Virus record (IMG/VR): IMGVR_UViG_3300048623_000040
Coordinates: 1 to 57,452 of that record
Length of the DNA stretch: 57,452 nucleotides
Strand: one strand, 5' to 3'
Source: a virus
Taxonomy: Duplodnaviria; Caudoviricetes
Position 1 is the stretch's first letter. Each line of letters opens with the position of its first letter. Position numbers and translations under genes: made by a program. The notes under the pieces were generated by a model that saw only the letters and a list, made by a program, of their open reading frames with translations, was not told the DNA's origin and made no database searches. Positions 28,951 through 39,100 of the stretch are shown here, one piece after another.

Positions 28951-29769
28951 TTAAGCGGATGGCTGCGTGGGGTACGGAACCCCTTGCTGCGGTACGGGAT
29001 CGGGCGCGGGTTGCTGCGCGGCCTTGGCGTCTGCAGCATCCTTGCGTTCCTTGGCGAGACGGGCGTCCTCTTCCTTGCGGTTCTTGGCGCGCTCTGCGTC
29101 CTCGGCCGCACGCTGCTCGGCGAGCTTGAGGTCCTCTGCCTGCCGGGCGAGGTCTTCGTCGAACTTCTTCATCGCCTCGTCGCGAGCCGCCTGCTCTTCG
29201 TCGCTCAGCGCTCCGGCCATCAAGGCAACCGGCACCACCTGCGTGCTGATCTTGACCAGCACCTTGGTGAAGAGATCGCCCGCCCTGTTGTCGTCGTAGG
29301 GGGCGATGCCGACGATGATGAAGCTGCCGGCGGTCGCGCCGGTCGGGGCGCTCAACGCCTGTGTCGAGTAGCCAATGGCGTTGCCGCTGACCGCGCCGAT
29401 GTTGCAGGAGCCGCCAATGTCGACGGCGAGCACCGGGCCTACCGACTGGCCCTCGTAGATGATGTCAGGATCGGCCGTGAACTTGGCGATCATCGACCCG
29501 GCATCGTAGACCGTGTTGGCGGGGAAGTAGGGCAGGAGGAACCGCTTGCTGCCCGAGGTGTACTCACACCCCTGAAAGACTCCAAGGATCGGGGAGGCTG
29601 CGCCAGCGGCGACGACCACTGTGCCGTCGGTGCCGCGCGTCACGGGGGTGCCGTGGTAGATGTTTGCGGTGTAGGCGGAAGCAACGCCGTCGATCTGATT
29701 CTCGACGCGGATGGTGCCCGACGGATGCCGGGCTGGCACAAGGCCCTGCGGCTGCGCAGTGGCGGTCAT
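28951..29769 (-). CDS. Capsid cement/decoration-like protein with C-terminal coiled-coil extension
   Basis: PQGLVP...IYHGTPV...LGVFQGCEY...DPDIIYE pattern just before the capsid gene. Confidence 0.6.
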   Translation of the reverse strand: MTATAQPQGLVPARHPSGTIRVENQIDGVASAYTANIYHGTPVTRGTDGTVVVAAGAASPILGVFQGCEYTSGSKRFLLPYFPANTVYDAGSMIAKFTADPDIIYEGQSVGPVLAVDIGGSCNIGAVSGNAIGYSTQALSAPTGATAGSFIIVGIAPYDDNRAGDLFTKVLVKISTQVVPVALMAGALSDEEQAARDEAMKKFDEDLARQAEDLKLAEQRAAEDAERAKNRKEEDARLAKERKDAADAKAAQQPAPDPVPQQGVPYPTQPSA

Positions 29770-30173
29770 GGGGGTCTCCCGGTGGTTGATGTGGACGACT
29801 AGGCACAGGCCACGACAAGCGTGGACGTTCGCCTACCCCGTTCCGACACCCAGACCCCGCGCGCTTAAACCCGAACCAACTGGCTACAAGGACTCCGGCC
29901 GCGCGAGCGGCAACCTCCTACGAGAGTGGGCCGAGACTAAGCCCGGCCCACCCGAGCCGTCAATAACCCGGAGAACAGGAAGGGGGGTATTCTCCGGGTA
30001 GCGACGACTCGATTCTCTGCTTGCACAACTAACCGGTCAAAAGCCTGATTTTGCTGGATTTGCAGGGCGCAGAAACCCTTGCAAGAAACCCCCCTTTTAC
30101 GACGACTCGATCAGTGCCGGTCAAAACCAACTCTTAATTTTGAGCGGTTATTGCCACTCCGAAAGGCCTTGAC
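29770..30173 (-). promoter_or_regulatory. Intergenic control region upstream of cement/capsid genes
   Basis: Two TTTTGACCGG boxes, each followed by ATCGAGTCGTCG; two GC-rich hairpins (29926-29951, 29966-29999). Confidence 0.5.
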
Positions 30174-30812
30174 CTAGTTCTCGAACTGGTAAGCCGGGGG
30201 CCGCTGCATGCGCTTGCGGAGATCGGCCATGTCCTCCTCCAAGGTGATCCGGCCACCCTTGCGGCGGGCCTGCTCGTTGGTCTCATCGAGGTTCTGGAAG
30301 ATGCCCTCGACCGCCTCGCTGGGCTGGTCGAGATGGAACTCGCGCATGTAGGCCTCGTACTCTTGGTTGGTGCATTCCATGGCAATCAGCTCGCGCCACA
30401 TGACTGCCCCGGCGAAGTGACCATCCTTGATGGCGTCGATGTCGGCCGCCCAGCCGTACTGGGTGAGGTCTTCGTAGTTGATGAAGCGGTAGCCGAACCG
30501 CTTGCGGCGGAGCGGGGTGTCCGACGGGTGAGTCGTCGACACCCAGCAGCTATGCCAGCCCTGCTTCTTGGGCAGATTTGGCAGCGTTCCCTCGGACCAC
30601 TTCCTCTGGATTTCCCGGCGACGCTCGGGATCGGTCATCTCAGCCGCGCGCTCGCGCTGGGCCGTCGTCATCTCGTGCTCGCCGTAGCCCTCTTCCGCCC
30701 GCTTGTAGTCCTCGCGGTCGCTGAGTCGTTCGTCTTCTGGCAGCTTCTCGGGCGATGTGCCGTTAGGAACCTGATCGTCAGGGTTCCCCTTGTTCTTCAT
30801 GTAATTGACCAT
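30174..30812 (-). CDS. Head-module hypothetical protein
   Basis: LPNLPKKQGWHSCWVST...GY; lies between scaffold and cement genes. Confidence 0.7.
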   Translation of the reverse strand: MVNYMKNKGNPDDQVPNGTSPEKLPEDERLSDREDYKRAEEGYGEHEMTTAQRERAAEMTDPERRREIQRKWSEGTLPNLPKKQGWHSCWVSTTHPSDTPLRRKRFGYRFINYEDLTQYGWAADIDAIKDGHFAGAVMWRELIAMECTNQEYEAYMREFHLDQPSEAVEGIFQNLDETNEQARRKGGRITLEEDMADLRKRMQRPPAYQFEN

Positions 30813-30836
30813 GTGAGCCCCCGCTCATGAGTTCCG

Positions 30837-31949
30837 TTAAACCTCGCCGCGCCGCATTCTCTGCATGCCGGTCTGCCAGTCGTTGAGCAGCTTGGCGCGA
30901 CGAGCCTTCTGCGCATCATTCAGGCCCTGCGGATGCAGGAGCCCTTCGCTTTCGAGGTAGTCACGCGCCATCGGATCGAGCCGGAAAGTCGTCCCGGTGC
31001 CGCGACGACTGAAGCCGCTTGCCGTCGGCGGGCGGCCACCGCCGTTGAGCCGTTTCGGAGCCTCGCGCGAAGGCGAGTCGTCCTTGTCGCCGCCCTCCGA
31101 GCCAACCGGGTAGATGCCCTGCCGCGCGAGCTTCTTCTCCAAGGTCAGCCAGTACTGCTGGCGGTTCGACAGGTAGCCCTCGGCCGCCACCGAGTCGTCG
31201 AGCGCCTTGATGATCAGGGTGCGTTCGTCGGTGCCATTCGGATCGAAATCGAAGCGATCCATGAAGGTCTCGGTGAAGTCCTGCGTGCGCTGGTCGAGCT
31301 GGTTCTGCGGCTGCGCCGGAGCAGCACCGTTCTGCGGCCGTCCGGGGCCCGCTGCAGAGCGTTGCTGCAGCTCCTGCGTGATGCCCTGTCGCTGCCGGGC
31401 GAGCTGCCAGACACGGGCCTGCGCCTCGTCCTTGAGCGCCCGCAGCTCGTCGTAGCGCGCGAGGTCTCCCGCCGAGACGGCCTTCTTGATCTCGACGTCG
31501 GCCAAGGTCAGGGCCTGATTGGCCGCGCCGATCTGGGTGTCGATGTTGTTAATGGTCAGGCCGACGTGGCTCTGGCCCATCTGGCCAATCATGCCGGTCA
31601 GTGCATCGACCCGCTGGTAGAGCTGGGCGATCTCCTGATCACGACTCGTGACGACAGTCTTGCGCGCCTTGTTGCGACGCTGGCGTCGGCTCAGGCCGCG
31701 CTCTTCGATCTCGTCGTCGTCCTGAACATCGTAGGCGAGCCGGGCGTCTTCATCGTGCTCGTCGTCGTCAGGCTCTTTTGTGGATGGCCCTCTCCCCGGC
31801 GGCGGCTTCGGTGCCTCGATTTCTATTTCGAGGTCATCCTCGGCTTTGGCTTTGCCACCGGGGATCAGGTCATCCATGCCTCCGACCATTACGGTCTGGG
31901 CACCCCCGCTTGCACTATTGTCGTCAATTTCTTCGTTTTGCCTAGCCAT
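30837..31949 (-). CDS. Capsid scaffolding-like protein
   Basis: Acidic N-terminus, coiled-coil middle, basic C-terminus; position. Confidence 0.6.
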   Translation of the reverse strand: MARQNEEIDDNSASGGAQTVMVGGMDDLIPGGKAKAEDDLEIEIEAPKPPPGRGPSTKEPDDDEHDEDARLAYDVQDDDEIEERGLSRRQRRNKARKTVVTSRDQEIAQLYQRVDALTGMIGQMGQSHVGLTINNIDTQIGAANQALTLADVEIKKAVSAGDLARYDELRALKDEAQARVWQLARQRQGITQELQQRSAAGPGRPQNGAAPAQPQNQLDQRTQDFTETFMDRFDFDPNGTDERTLIIKALDDSVAAEGYLSNRQQYWLTLEKKLARQGIYPVGSEGGDKDDSPSREAPKRLNGGGRPPTASGFSRRGTGTTFRLDPMARDYLESEGLLHPQGLNDAQKARRAKLLNDWQTGMQRMRRGEV

Positions 31950-31987
31950 TTTGAGCCCCCGCTCTCGATGTGCAATTTTGGACAGGA

Positions 31988-32479
31988 CTATCCGGTGATC
32001 ACCGCCAGCGGATTGCCAGTGACCCTGCCGATGAGATCGGTGTCCTTGCAGATGATGAACACGGCGTGCTCATCGGGCTGACCGCCCGGCACACGCACGA
32101 TCCAGCGGTCGCCGCCGTACATCGGGCAGCGCACGAAGTGCCCGAGCTGGCACCAGTTGCCTTCGACCCATGGTTCGAGCGTGTCGCGCCGCCTGAACGC
32201 TGCCGGTCCCATTGCGCGGACCAGCCCGGTCTGGATGCGAAACCTCTCACCGTCGCGCACTTCATCGGGAATGATCAGGCCGTGCTTGGAGAGCTTTCGC
32301 GGCGTGCGAAGCTGCAGCAGGACCAGATAACCGAATGGAATGATGCCGGGATCGACATCAGGAAAGGCGACTTCCATCTCGTCGGTATAGTCGCCGCCAA
32401 GAACCGCCGAGATACTTGGCGCTTGCGCCTGAACGTCGTTGATCAGTTGTGCCGTCTCGTGAGCAGTCATGTCAGTCAT
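31988..32479 (-). CDS. groES: GroES-like co-chaperonin
   Basis: PFGYLVLL...SKHGLIIPD...GLVRAMGP.AF...WCQLGHFV...YGG...IICKDTDLIG. Confidence 0.8.
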   Translation of the reverse strand: MTDMTAHETAQLINDVQAQAPSISAVLGGDYTDEMEVAFPDVDPGIIPFGYLVLLQLRTPRKLSKHGLIIPDEVRDGERFRIQTGLVRAMGPAAFRRRDTLEPWVEGNWCQLGHFVRCPMYGGDRWIVRVPGGQPDEHAVFIICKDTDLIGRVTGNPLAVITG

Positions 32480-32494
32480 AGAGCCCCCGCTCTC

Positions 32495-32680
32495 TTATTT
32501 CTCTACCTCTTCGACTTTCTCCTCGATGCGTTCGCGCACGACGCGCAGCACCTCAAGCATCCCCGCGACCCGTCCAAAGCCAAAGGCCGTACGGTCCTCT
32601 TCGCGAGGATACTCTGCCGCCTGTACCGCTTCATTGCGTAATTCGTCAAGCAAACGGTACAGCTCGTCGAGCTGCAGCAA
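32495..32680 (-). CDS. Small hypothetical protein
   Basis: Helical ORF in the head operon. Confidence 0.6.
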   Translation of the reverse strand: MLQLDELYRLLDELRNEAVQAAEYPREEDRTAFGFGRVAGMLEVLRVVRERIEEKVEEVEK

Positions 32681-32681
32681 G

Positions 32682-32837
32682 CTACTTCACGTTCTTCGCA
32701 GGCACCTGCTTCGGCGTTCCGTCACCCCTGCCGAGGTGCGCCGCCGTCGCCTCTTTCAGCGATTCACCTGCGGCCAGCGACTTGTGCATGTTGACCGGTC
32801 CCTTGACCACGCCGCCCTTTGAAATCTTGTCGCTCAT
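32682..32837 (-). CDS. Small basic protein (MSDKISKGGVVKGP...), below the ORF-track cutoff
   Basis: Translated by hand, 51 aa; AGGGAG SD. Confidence 0.6.
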   Translation of the reverse strand: MSDKISKGGVVKGPVNMHKSLAAGESLKEATAAHLGRGDGTPKQVPAKNVK

Positions 32838-32856
32838 CGTGAACTCCCTTGTTGTG

Positions 32857-33012
32857 TCAGCCGTGTAGATGGCCTGTGAGAAACAGGATCACCAGAATGA
32901 TCAGCACGAGGCCAACCACGCCGCCCAGTCCGTTGTAGCCGTAGCGGCCGTAGCCGTAATAGCCACCGCCAAACAGGATGACGATCAGCAGGATAATCAG
33001 GATCAGAGTCAT
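32857..33012 (-). CDS. DUF3309-like small membrane protein
   Basis: Translated by hand: MTLILIILLIVILFGGGYYGYGRYGYNGLGGVVGLVLIILVILFLTGHLHG (two TM helices, Gly/Tyr loop). Confidence 0.7.
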   Translation of the reverse strand: MTLILIILLIVILFGGGYYGYGRYGYNGLGGVVGLVLIILVILFLTGHLHG

Positions 33013-33015
33013 GGA

Positions 33016-33165
33016 TTACACCGGGGGAAAGACCTTGAAGCCGAGCAAGGCGATCAGCAGCAGGGCGACACCGTAGCCCGGCGCAAAAGGCTGCATCCGC
33101 CAGTACCAGCCGCCGCCCAACGCGCACAGGATGAGGATCACCCAGAACAGGACCATGAGAAGCAT
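33016..33165 (-). CDS. Small two-TM membrane protein
   Basis: Translated by hand: MLLMVLFWVILILCALGGGWYWRMQPFAPGYGVALLLIALLGFKVFPPV; AAGGAGG SD. Confidence 0.7.
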   Translation of the reverse strand: MLLMVLFWVILILCALGGGWYWRMQPFAPGYGVALLLIALLGFKVFPPV

Positions 33166-33175
33166 GTCGCCTCCT

Positions 33176-33379
33176 TCACCGCCGCTTGGCGGACCCGCCG
33201 CTGCAGAACTTGGGATCGTCGTGGTAGCTCACCTTGCCGCCCTTCTTGAAGACGGCGGCAGGCACTTCAGGCTTGAAAGCATCCATCGGTGATGCAGAAG
33301 CCTGCGCAGCCTTCCCCATCTTGGCGATAGCTGGCATTTTGGGACGCCCGGTACTCACGCCGAAATTCTTGCGCGCCAT
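33176..33379 (-). CDS. Small basic protein with FKKGG motif
   Basis: AAGGAG SD, directly after the portal. Confidence 0.65.
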   Translation of the reverse strand: MARKNFGVSTGRPKMPAIAKMGKAAQASASPMDAFKPEVPAAVFKKGGKVSYHDDPKFCSGGSAKRR

Positions 33380-33381
33380 GG

Positions 33382-36102
33382 TCAGTCTCCTTCGCTTACG
33401 GCTGTGCCGGTGGTCATGTTTCCGCGACCCTTGATCTTGGCCATCTTGAGCGCGGTCTGGTTGCCCTTGTCCTCGATCTTGAGCTTGACCGCGTTGGCCT
33501 CGTCGGCAATCGACTCACGCGACTCGTTGGTGGCGTCGATGCCTGCCAAGCGCGCATCGTTGGCCTCCTGTGCCGTCTGGGCCTTGAGCGCGGCGTCGTT
33601 CGCCTTCTGCATCGAGGCCTCACGATCACCTTGCATCTTGGCCTCGACCTCGCGCTCGCGCAGCTCGCGGTCGCGATCCTTGCCGTGCAGGTCGGCCTGC
33701 ACCTTCATCGAGTCGTTCTCCATCTTGCGCCTGTCGGCCTCGACCTTGGTCATGGTCGAGACGAGCTGGAGGTGGGTCTTCTTTTCGTCCATTCCCAGCT
33801 TTGCCTTCTCGGCCTCGGCCTTCATCGTGTCGGCCTGCGTCTGGCGGTCGACGTCCTTCATGGCAACGATGCTCGGGTCCATCGGCATCGGCGGCGCGAG
33901 CTTGGCCATCAGGGCCTGCGCCTGTGCGATCACCTCGGGAAGCCTGACGAGTCGTTCGTTGGCGTACGCCATGACCTCGGGCGTGAGTTCCGCCAGCATG
34001 CGATCCAGCGGAGCCTCGTACTGCGTCCCCGACATGCTCTCGATGGTGAGCGTCGGGTCGCCTGTTTTCTGTCTGAGGACGGTGTTGGCCGCATCGAGCA
34101 TGGCGTCGGCGTACCACAAGCCGATATGCTCAGCGAGATGAGGCAGCATTACCGGCAGATACTTCTGCGCGATGATCGGGTTGGACCCGAACAGAGGCGA
34201 CATTATGTAGGCGCAGTGCGTTGCCAGATGGGCCTCGTGGTCCTGTCCGGGGAACGCCTTGATCGGCAACCCGCCACTGGAGGTGGCGTTCTCGGCCACG
34301 GCGTTTTGCTGCACCGGCTCGGGGTTGGGTACAAGGAACTGCTCGGGCTCCGGCACCTTCATCTGTTTCAGGAGGTATTTCTCGCTGGCCCGGATGTTGT
34401 AGACCTGCGGCAGGAGCTGAGCTCGCTGCGAGATGAGCTGCGCCATCGACTGACGCTGAATATCGCTAAATATGCGCGGGTCGCTGACCGGTATAACCTT
34501 CATCGGGCCAGCGAAGTCTTCACGTCGGACGATCAGTTCGCCGAACTGGTCCTGTATTTTGACGTTGTCGACGGTCTCGGCATTTATGTCCCAAAGCTGC
34601 TTGAGGAAGCGGGCCATGCTGCGATGGAGGCGTCCATGAACCGCGCCGAAATTCTTCAGACCCTGCTCGATGAACATGTTCGCGGTGCCGACGGGGGTCT
34701 GGCCTCCGAACTTGTCGAACTCATCGAAGGTCGTCCTGATGACCCCCTGCGCAGCATCCACTAGGAAGCCGAGCAGGTTGAACAGCACAGGCGACGGCGG
34801 CGGGAACGGCAGCGGCATGTAGGTCTTGCGCACATCGTCCATCGCCAGCGAACCCTGCATCTCGGTCGTCTGCATCGGGTTCGCCTTGATGTTCTGGCCG
34901 CCGCCTGTCGCACCACCTTTCAGCTTCACGCCGGTCTGCGAGTTGTTCAGGTGCGCGGCGTCGAGCAGGGCACGCAGCGATCCGGTGGCCGCGCCCGACA
35001 GCCCGCCAATCATGTGCGTCATGCCAATCGGGTAGCCGCCACGCCACGGGTAGAACGGCCATTCGATCACGAAGTCGAGCCGCTTCATGTCGACGTCGTT
35101 CTGCTTCCAGTTGCGATAGATCGACAGCACCTTCTGGCTCTGTTCGTCGACCGTGACGATGTAGGGCTCGGCCGGGGCATCGTCGTCGTCGAGACCCATC
35201 ATGACCGACGACTCGAACACAAGTCGGACACTGTCGATGTTCTCGCTCGGCTGGTCGCGACCGATGATGCGGTCGGTCGCCTGTTGCGATCTGGTTGGCT
35301 CGGGCACGTCGGGCGACGACTCGGTATCAACCACGTCGAGCCACAGCCCTGACCTGACGTTGTCCTCGAATTGCCACTTGTCGACTTCCATCTCGTGCGT
35401 AATGCGCGGCTGGGAGTAGATCGAACCGTCGCTCCACGGCCGATGTACCTTGTCGATGGGAATGGCGACCACGCTCATGCCCTGAGATTCGTAGATGGTT
35501 TTTGTGTAGAAGGCCCCGCCCAAGCTGCACTGCGTGAAGCCCATCTCGAACTCATAGGCGACGTTGGGCATCAGCTCGGTGAGCTGCAGGTTCATGTAGC
35601 GGGCGACGCGCTCGCCGATATCGTCCTTCTCGTGGGTTGGCGTACCGATGGTCTTGGCTTTCACCGGACCCTCGGGCGGCATCATCTCGTTCATGATGCG
35701 CGAGGCGAAGTCGATGGCACTGGCCGTCAGCATCGGGTGAACGACTCGCGATGCGCCGGGGAAGGTCGCACCACCGGGCGCGTCGTCACCAAGGCCAGTC
35801 CTCCGCAGGCCTTCCTCGTACTGCTTGTCGCGCTTGGCGCGCGCCTGCTTGTCGATCTTGATGGCATCGAGCAGATCAGTCGCGATCTTGCTGAGCCGTG
35901 TCTCGTCGATGGTCTCGGCGAGGTTGGAGAAGTGATCCTGCGGGTCCTGCGGCGGCGGACCTTCCGGCATCTGGACGTCGACGTTGCCGTCCTCGCCGAT
36001 GATCAGGTCGGAGCCCGGCGGAGTCGTCGTCTGCAGAGTCGACGCGCCGAGATCGCTGCCCGGCTGGCCGTAGGGGTCCTCGAAGACCGTGGGATCAGAC
36101 AT
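33382..36102 (-). CDS. Portal protein
   Basis: HFSNLAE...FPGASRVVHPML...ALLDAAHLNN...TPVGT...IPVSDP...AFPGQDHEAH; long C-terminal coiled-coil barrel as in P22-type portals. Confidence 0.9.
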   Translation of the reverse strand: MSDPTVFEDPYGQPGSDLGASTLQTTTPPGSDLIIGEDGNVDVQMPEGPPPQDPQDHFSNLAETIDETRLSKIATDLLDAIKIDKQARAKRDKQYEEGLRRTGLGDDAPGGATFPGASRVVHPMLTASAIDFASRIMNEMMPPEGPVKAKTIGTPTHEKDDIGERVARYMNLQLTELMPNVAYEFEMGFTQCSLGGAFYTKTIYESQGMSVVAIPIDKVHRPWSDGSIYSQPRITHEMEVDKWQFEDNVRSGLWLDVVDTESSPDVPEPTRSQQATDRIIGRDQPSENIDSVRLVFESSVMMGLDDDDAPAEPYIVTVDEQSQKVLSIYRNWKQNDVDMKRLDFVIEWPFYPWRGGYPIGMTHMIGGLSGAATGSLRALLDAAHLNNSQTGVKLKGGATGGGQNIKANPMQTTEMQGSLAMDDVRKTYMPLPFPPPSPVLFNLLGFLVDAAQGVIRTTFDEFDKFGGQTPVGTANMFIEQGLKNFGAVHGRLHRSMARFLKQLWDINAETVDNVKIQDQFGELIVRREDFAGPMKVIPVSDPRIFSDIQRQSMAQLISQRAQLLPQVYNIRASEKYLLKQMKVPEPEQFLVPNPEPVQQNAVAENATSSGGLPIKAFPGQDHEAHLATHCAYIMSPLFGSNPIIAQKYLPVMLPHLAEHIGLWYADAMLDAANTVLRQKTGDPTLTIESMSGTQYEAPLDRMLAELTPEVMAYANERLVRLPEVIAQAQALMAKLAPPMPMDPSIVAMKDVDRQTQADTMKAEAEKAKLGMDEKKTHLQLVSTMTKVEADRRKMENDSMKVQADLHGKDRDRELREREVEAKMQGDREASMQKANDAALKAQTAQEANDARLAGIDATNESRESIADEANAVKLKIEDKGNQTALKMAKIKGRGNMTTGTAVSEGD

Positions 36103-39100
36103 CAGAAGGACCCTTGGATGTTGATGCTGCCGCGCATCGGTTGATCACCACCGCTCAACGCGCCTCGGCCACCACCCATCGCAGTGGACTGCTGCAGGCC
36201 GCTGGCCGCCGCCATGTTGGCCAGCACGCCCTGACCGGGACCGGACGGCGTGCTCGCCATTGGAGCCGCAGGCATGCTGGCAGCCTGTGGCATGGCACCA
36301 AGACCCTGCTGGCCCGTCGGTGGGATGCCGTACTGCTGTCCGTTGCCAAAGTCGTCGGGCGTCGCTTGACCGAAGCCCGGCGTGTTGGGGTCCATCGGCG
36401 GGTGGGTCTTCAGCCATTCGGCGTACATTGCCTGCGTCTGGGACGGATCACCGAGCAATCCGCTCATCATTCCACCGTCGGCGAAGCCCGGCACGTAGCC
36501 ACCCTCGGCGAACAGACCCGTGCCCTTACCGATGGCCATCGCCGGGCTGAGCAATGAGGCTATGTCCATGCCGCCGCTCTTGCCACCACCACCGCCGACA
36601 CCAAGACCCTTGAGCAGCATCGGCAGCAACCCGCCCACGCCACCATCGCCACCGGCCAGCGTATTGATGATGCCACCAAACCCGCCGCCACCGGTCTCGG
36701 CAGGCGCGGGTGCAGGCGCGGCAGCACTGGTGCCCATGCCGGAGCTGTCGGTGCCATTGGCGCTGGAGAGAGCCGCAGCGAAACGCGGATCGCTGTTGAG
36801 CAGATTGAAAAGATCGCCGCCCAGCCCGCCGCCACCGGTCTCGCGGTCCCACTTGTTTGGATCGAACAGGTTGCCGCCGCCCATCGAGAAGCCGGGGACG
36901 TAGCCACCATCGGCGTAGTTCATCACGCCGTAGGCCATCATCTCGTCGTCGATGGTCGGCGCGCCGAGTCGTTGGTGACGGTCCTCCGGCTCGACGTAGC
37001 CACCGTGGGCGAACCCCATGCCGGAGCCAGCGGCAGTAGCACCACCTGCACCGCCGAACGCGCCTGCGATCTTGCCCAGACCGCCCAGCATGCTGCCTAT
37101 GCCAGCGGCGCTCACACCGCCGCTCTCGCCGCCACTGGGCGCACTGCGGTTCATCGACTGGAGCAGCTCGACCGGCTTGGGCCGTGGCTGCATCGCGCCC
37201 TCGGACGGTGTGTTGCCGTAGATGTCGACGGCGTTGGGGATCATTCGCCTGACCCATTCGAGCAGCGCATTGTTGTTCAGCAGGTCACTGGTCGATCCGG
37301 TGGACTGGCTGCCACTCTGTACGCCACCGCCTCCGGCGTAATCGTATCCAAGGTTATCCATGCCTACTTTGGCCGCCGTCGGCGCACCGCCTGTGATGGC
37401 CAGCTTTGCGAGTGCGCCGGGTATCCTCTTCTCCATCGACTTGATGGCTGTCCTGATTCCGCTGCCCAGCAACCTGCTCGGGGTGAGCGCCGTGCCCATC
37501 GTAATGGCCGCCAGATCGGCGGGCGCGGCGACAGGACCGTACTCGGCCGTCAGGTTGGGGTTGGGGTTCAGCATGTTGACGGTGTCTTCGAGGGCCTCTC
37601 CACCAGACATGCCCGCCGTCGCCCGATTAAAGGCGTCGATGCCGTACATCAACGGGTTGCCCTTGGCGTTGTGTGAGAAGCGATCCCACTCGTTACCGAC
37701 GCCCTCCGACGCCATGTCACCCAGAATGCCGGCCACCATGCGCGACTTGTCGGCCTGCACATCGAGCCGCTCGTTGCTCTGGCGCAGCCGCATCTCGCGC
37801 AGGATTTTCCGCTGCTCGGGCGTCATCGTCATCCGGCCGCCGTCATCGAAATTATTCACCTGTCCGCCCTCCTGATAGGCACCCGCCTTGCCGGTCAGCA
37901 CGAGATCGCGCGCGGTCTCGGGCGAGACGCCGAGTCGTCGCGCTGTCTTCATGATCTGGTCGGCCAGCATCTCCAGCTTGGGGGTGCCGACGTAATCGAC
38001 GCCAGTCTGCGGCCCAAGCACGTTCCACATCAGCGCTTGGAAATCGCGCGGCTGCTCGCCCGCCTTGCCGCTGGCCTTCGCCCACCACGGTGCGAAGTCG
38101 GCGAACTCCGGGTTGGTCAGCTCGGCGTAACGACTCGCCGGTCCTCCCGTGCGTACATCCGAATAGCCCGCACCTCGCGCGATGTGCGAATCGGCAATCG
38201 GCCTGCGCGGATCGGCGAGCACCGGATCAGTCGCCTGAATGTAAGTCGGTATCTTGTGCGTGTCGGTCGCCAGCTTGCCTTCGCGCTCAAGGTTTTCCAG
38301 CATCAGACCATGCAATGGATGAAAGGCGTGGCTCTTCATGTCGAGCATGTCTTCTGGGAAGCCCGGCGTATTGAAACGACTCGTTCGTATCTCGCCGCTG
38401 CGGAGCGGCGTGTCGGTCATGCCGCGTCCACCGAACATCAGGTAATCGTCGAGCCTCCCCTCGGTGATCAGCTTGTTGGCCAAGGTGCCGCGATTGATCT
38501 CACTGATCGGATTGGCCCCGGCGGAATGCAAACCAAGACGCGCATTGAAGAGCTGCATCTGATCGAGCGGCACGCCCAGCTCTTTCATGCGGTCCCACAG
38601 CGGCTGCATCTCATACCATGAGCGGGTGCGCAGAAGGTCGGGGTTCTTCAGCACCTCATTGTAGATGTCGAGATAGCGCTGCATGTTGCGGTTCGTCAGG
38701 ACCTGCTCGGAAACCTTCGAGCCCTTACCGCCGGGCGGCGCATCGAAGGCGTGCGGCACGCCCTCCAGATGGCTGTAGTCGCGGCCCTGCGAGATGTCGT
38801 CTAGATCACCGCGATTGACGTGAAACAGCCGCTGCATGTTCTCGCCCTCGGGGATGAACACGCGGTTTACGTCGGAGACGATGTCGTCGGGGTCCTTGTA
38901 CGCGCCGGGAAACTCGGTGCGATACGGGTCCTTGACCGTCTGCAGGCGCGGCTTGGGCGGCAGGACTATGCGCGGGCTCTTGGCTTCGCGCGCCGCGTTG
39001 AGTCGTTTCTCCAGCTCTAGCATCTTGTTCGCAGCGTCGGTCTTCCAGCCCGCCTGCGTCAGCGCGCCTGCGTCTTCCGAGTCGTCGGTCGGGTAGTCGA

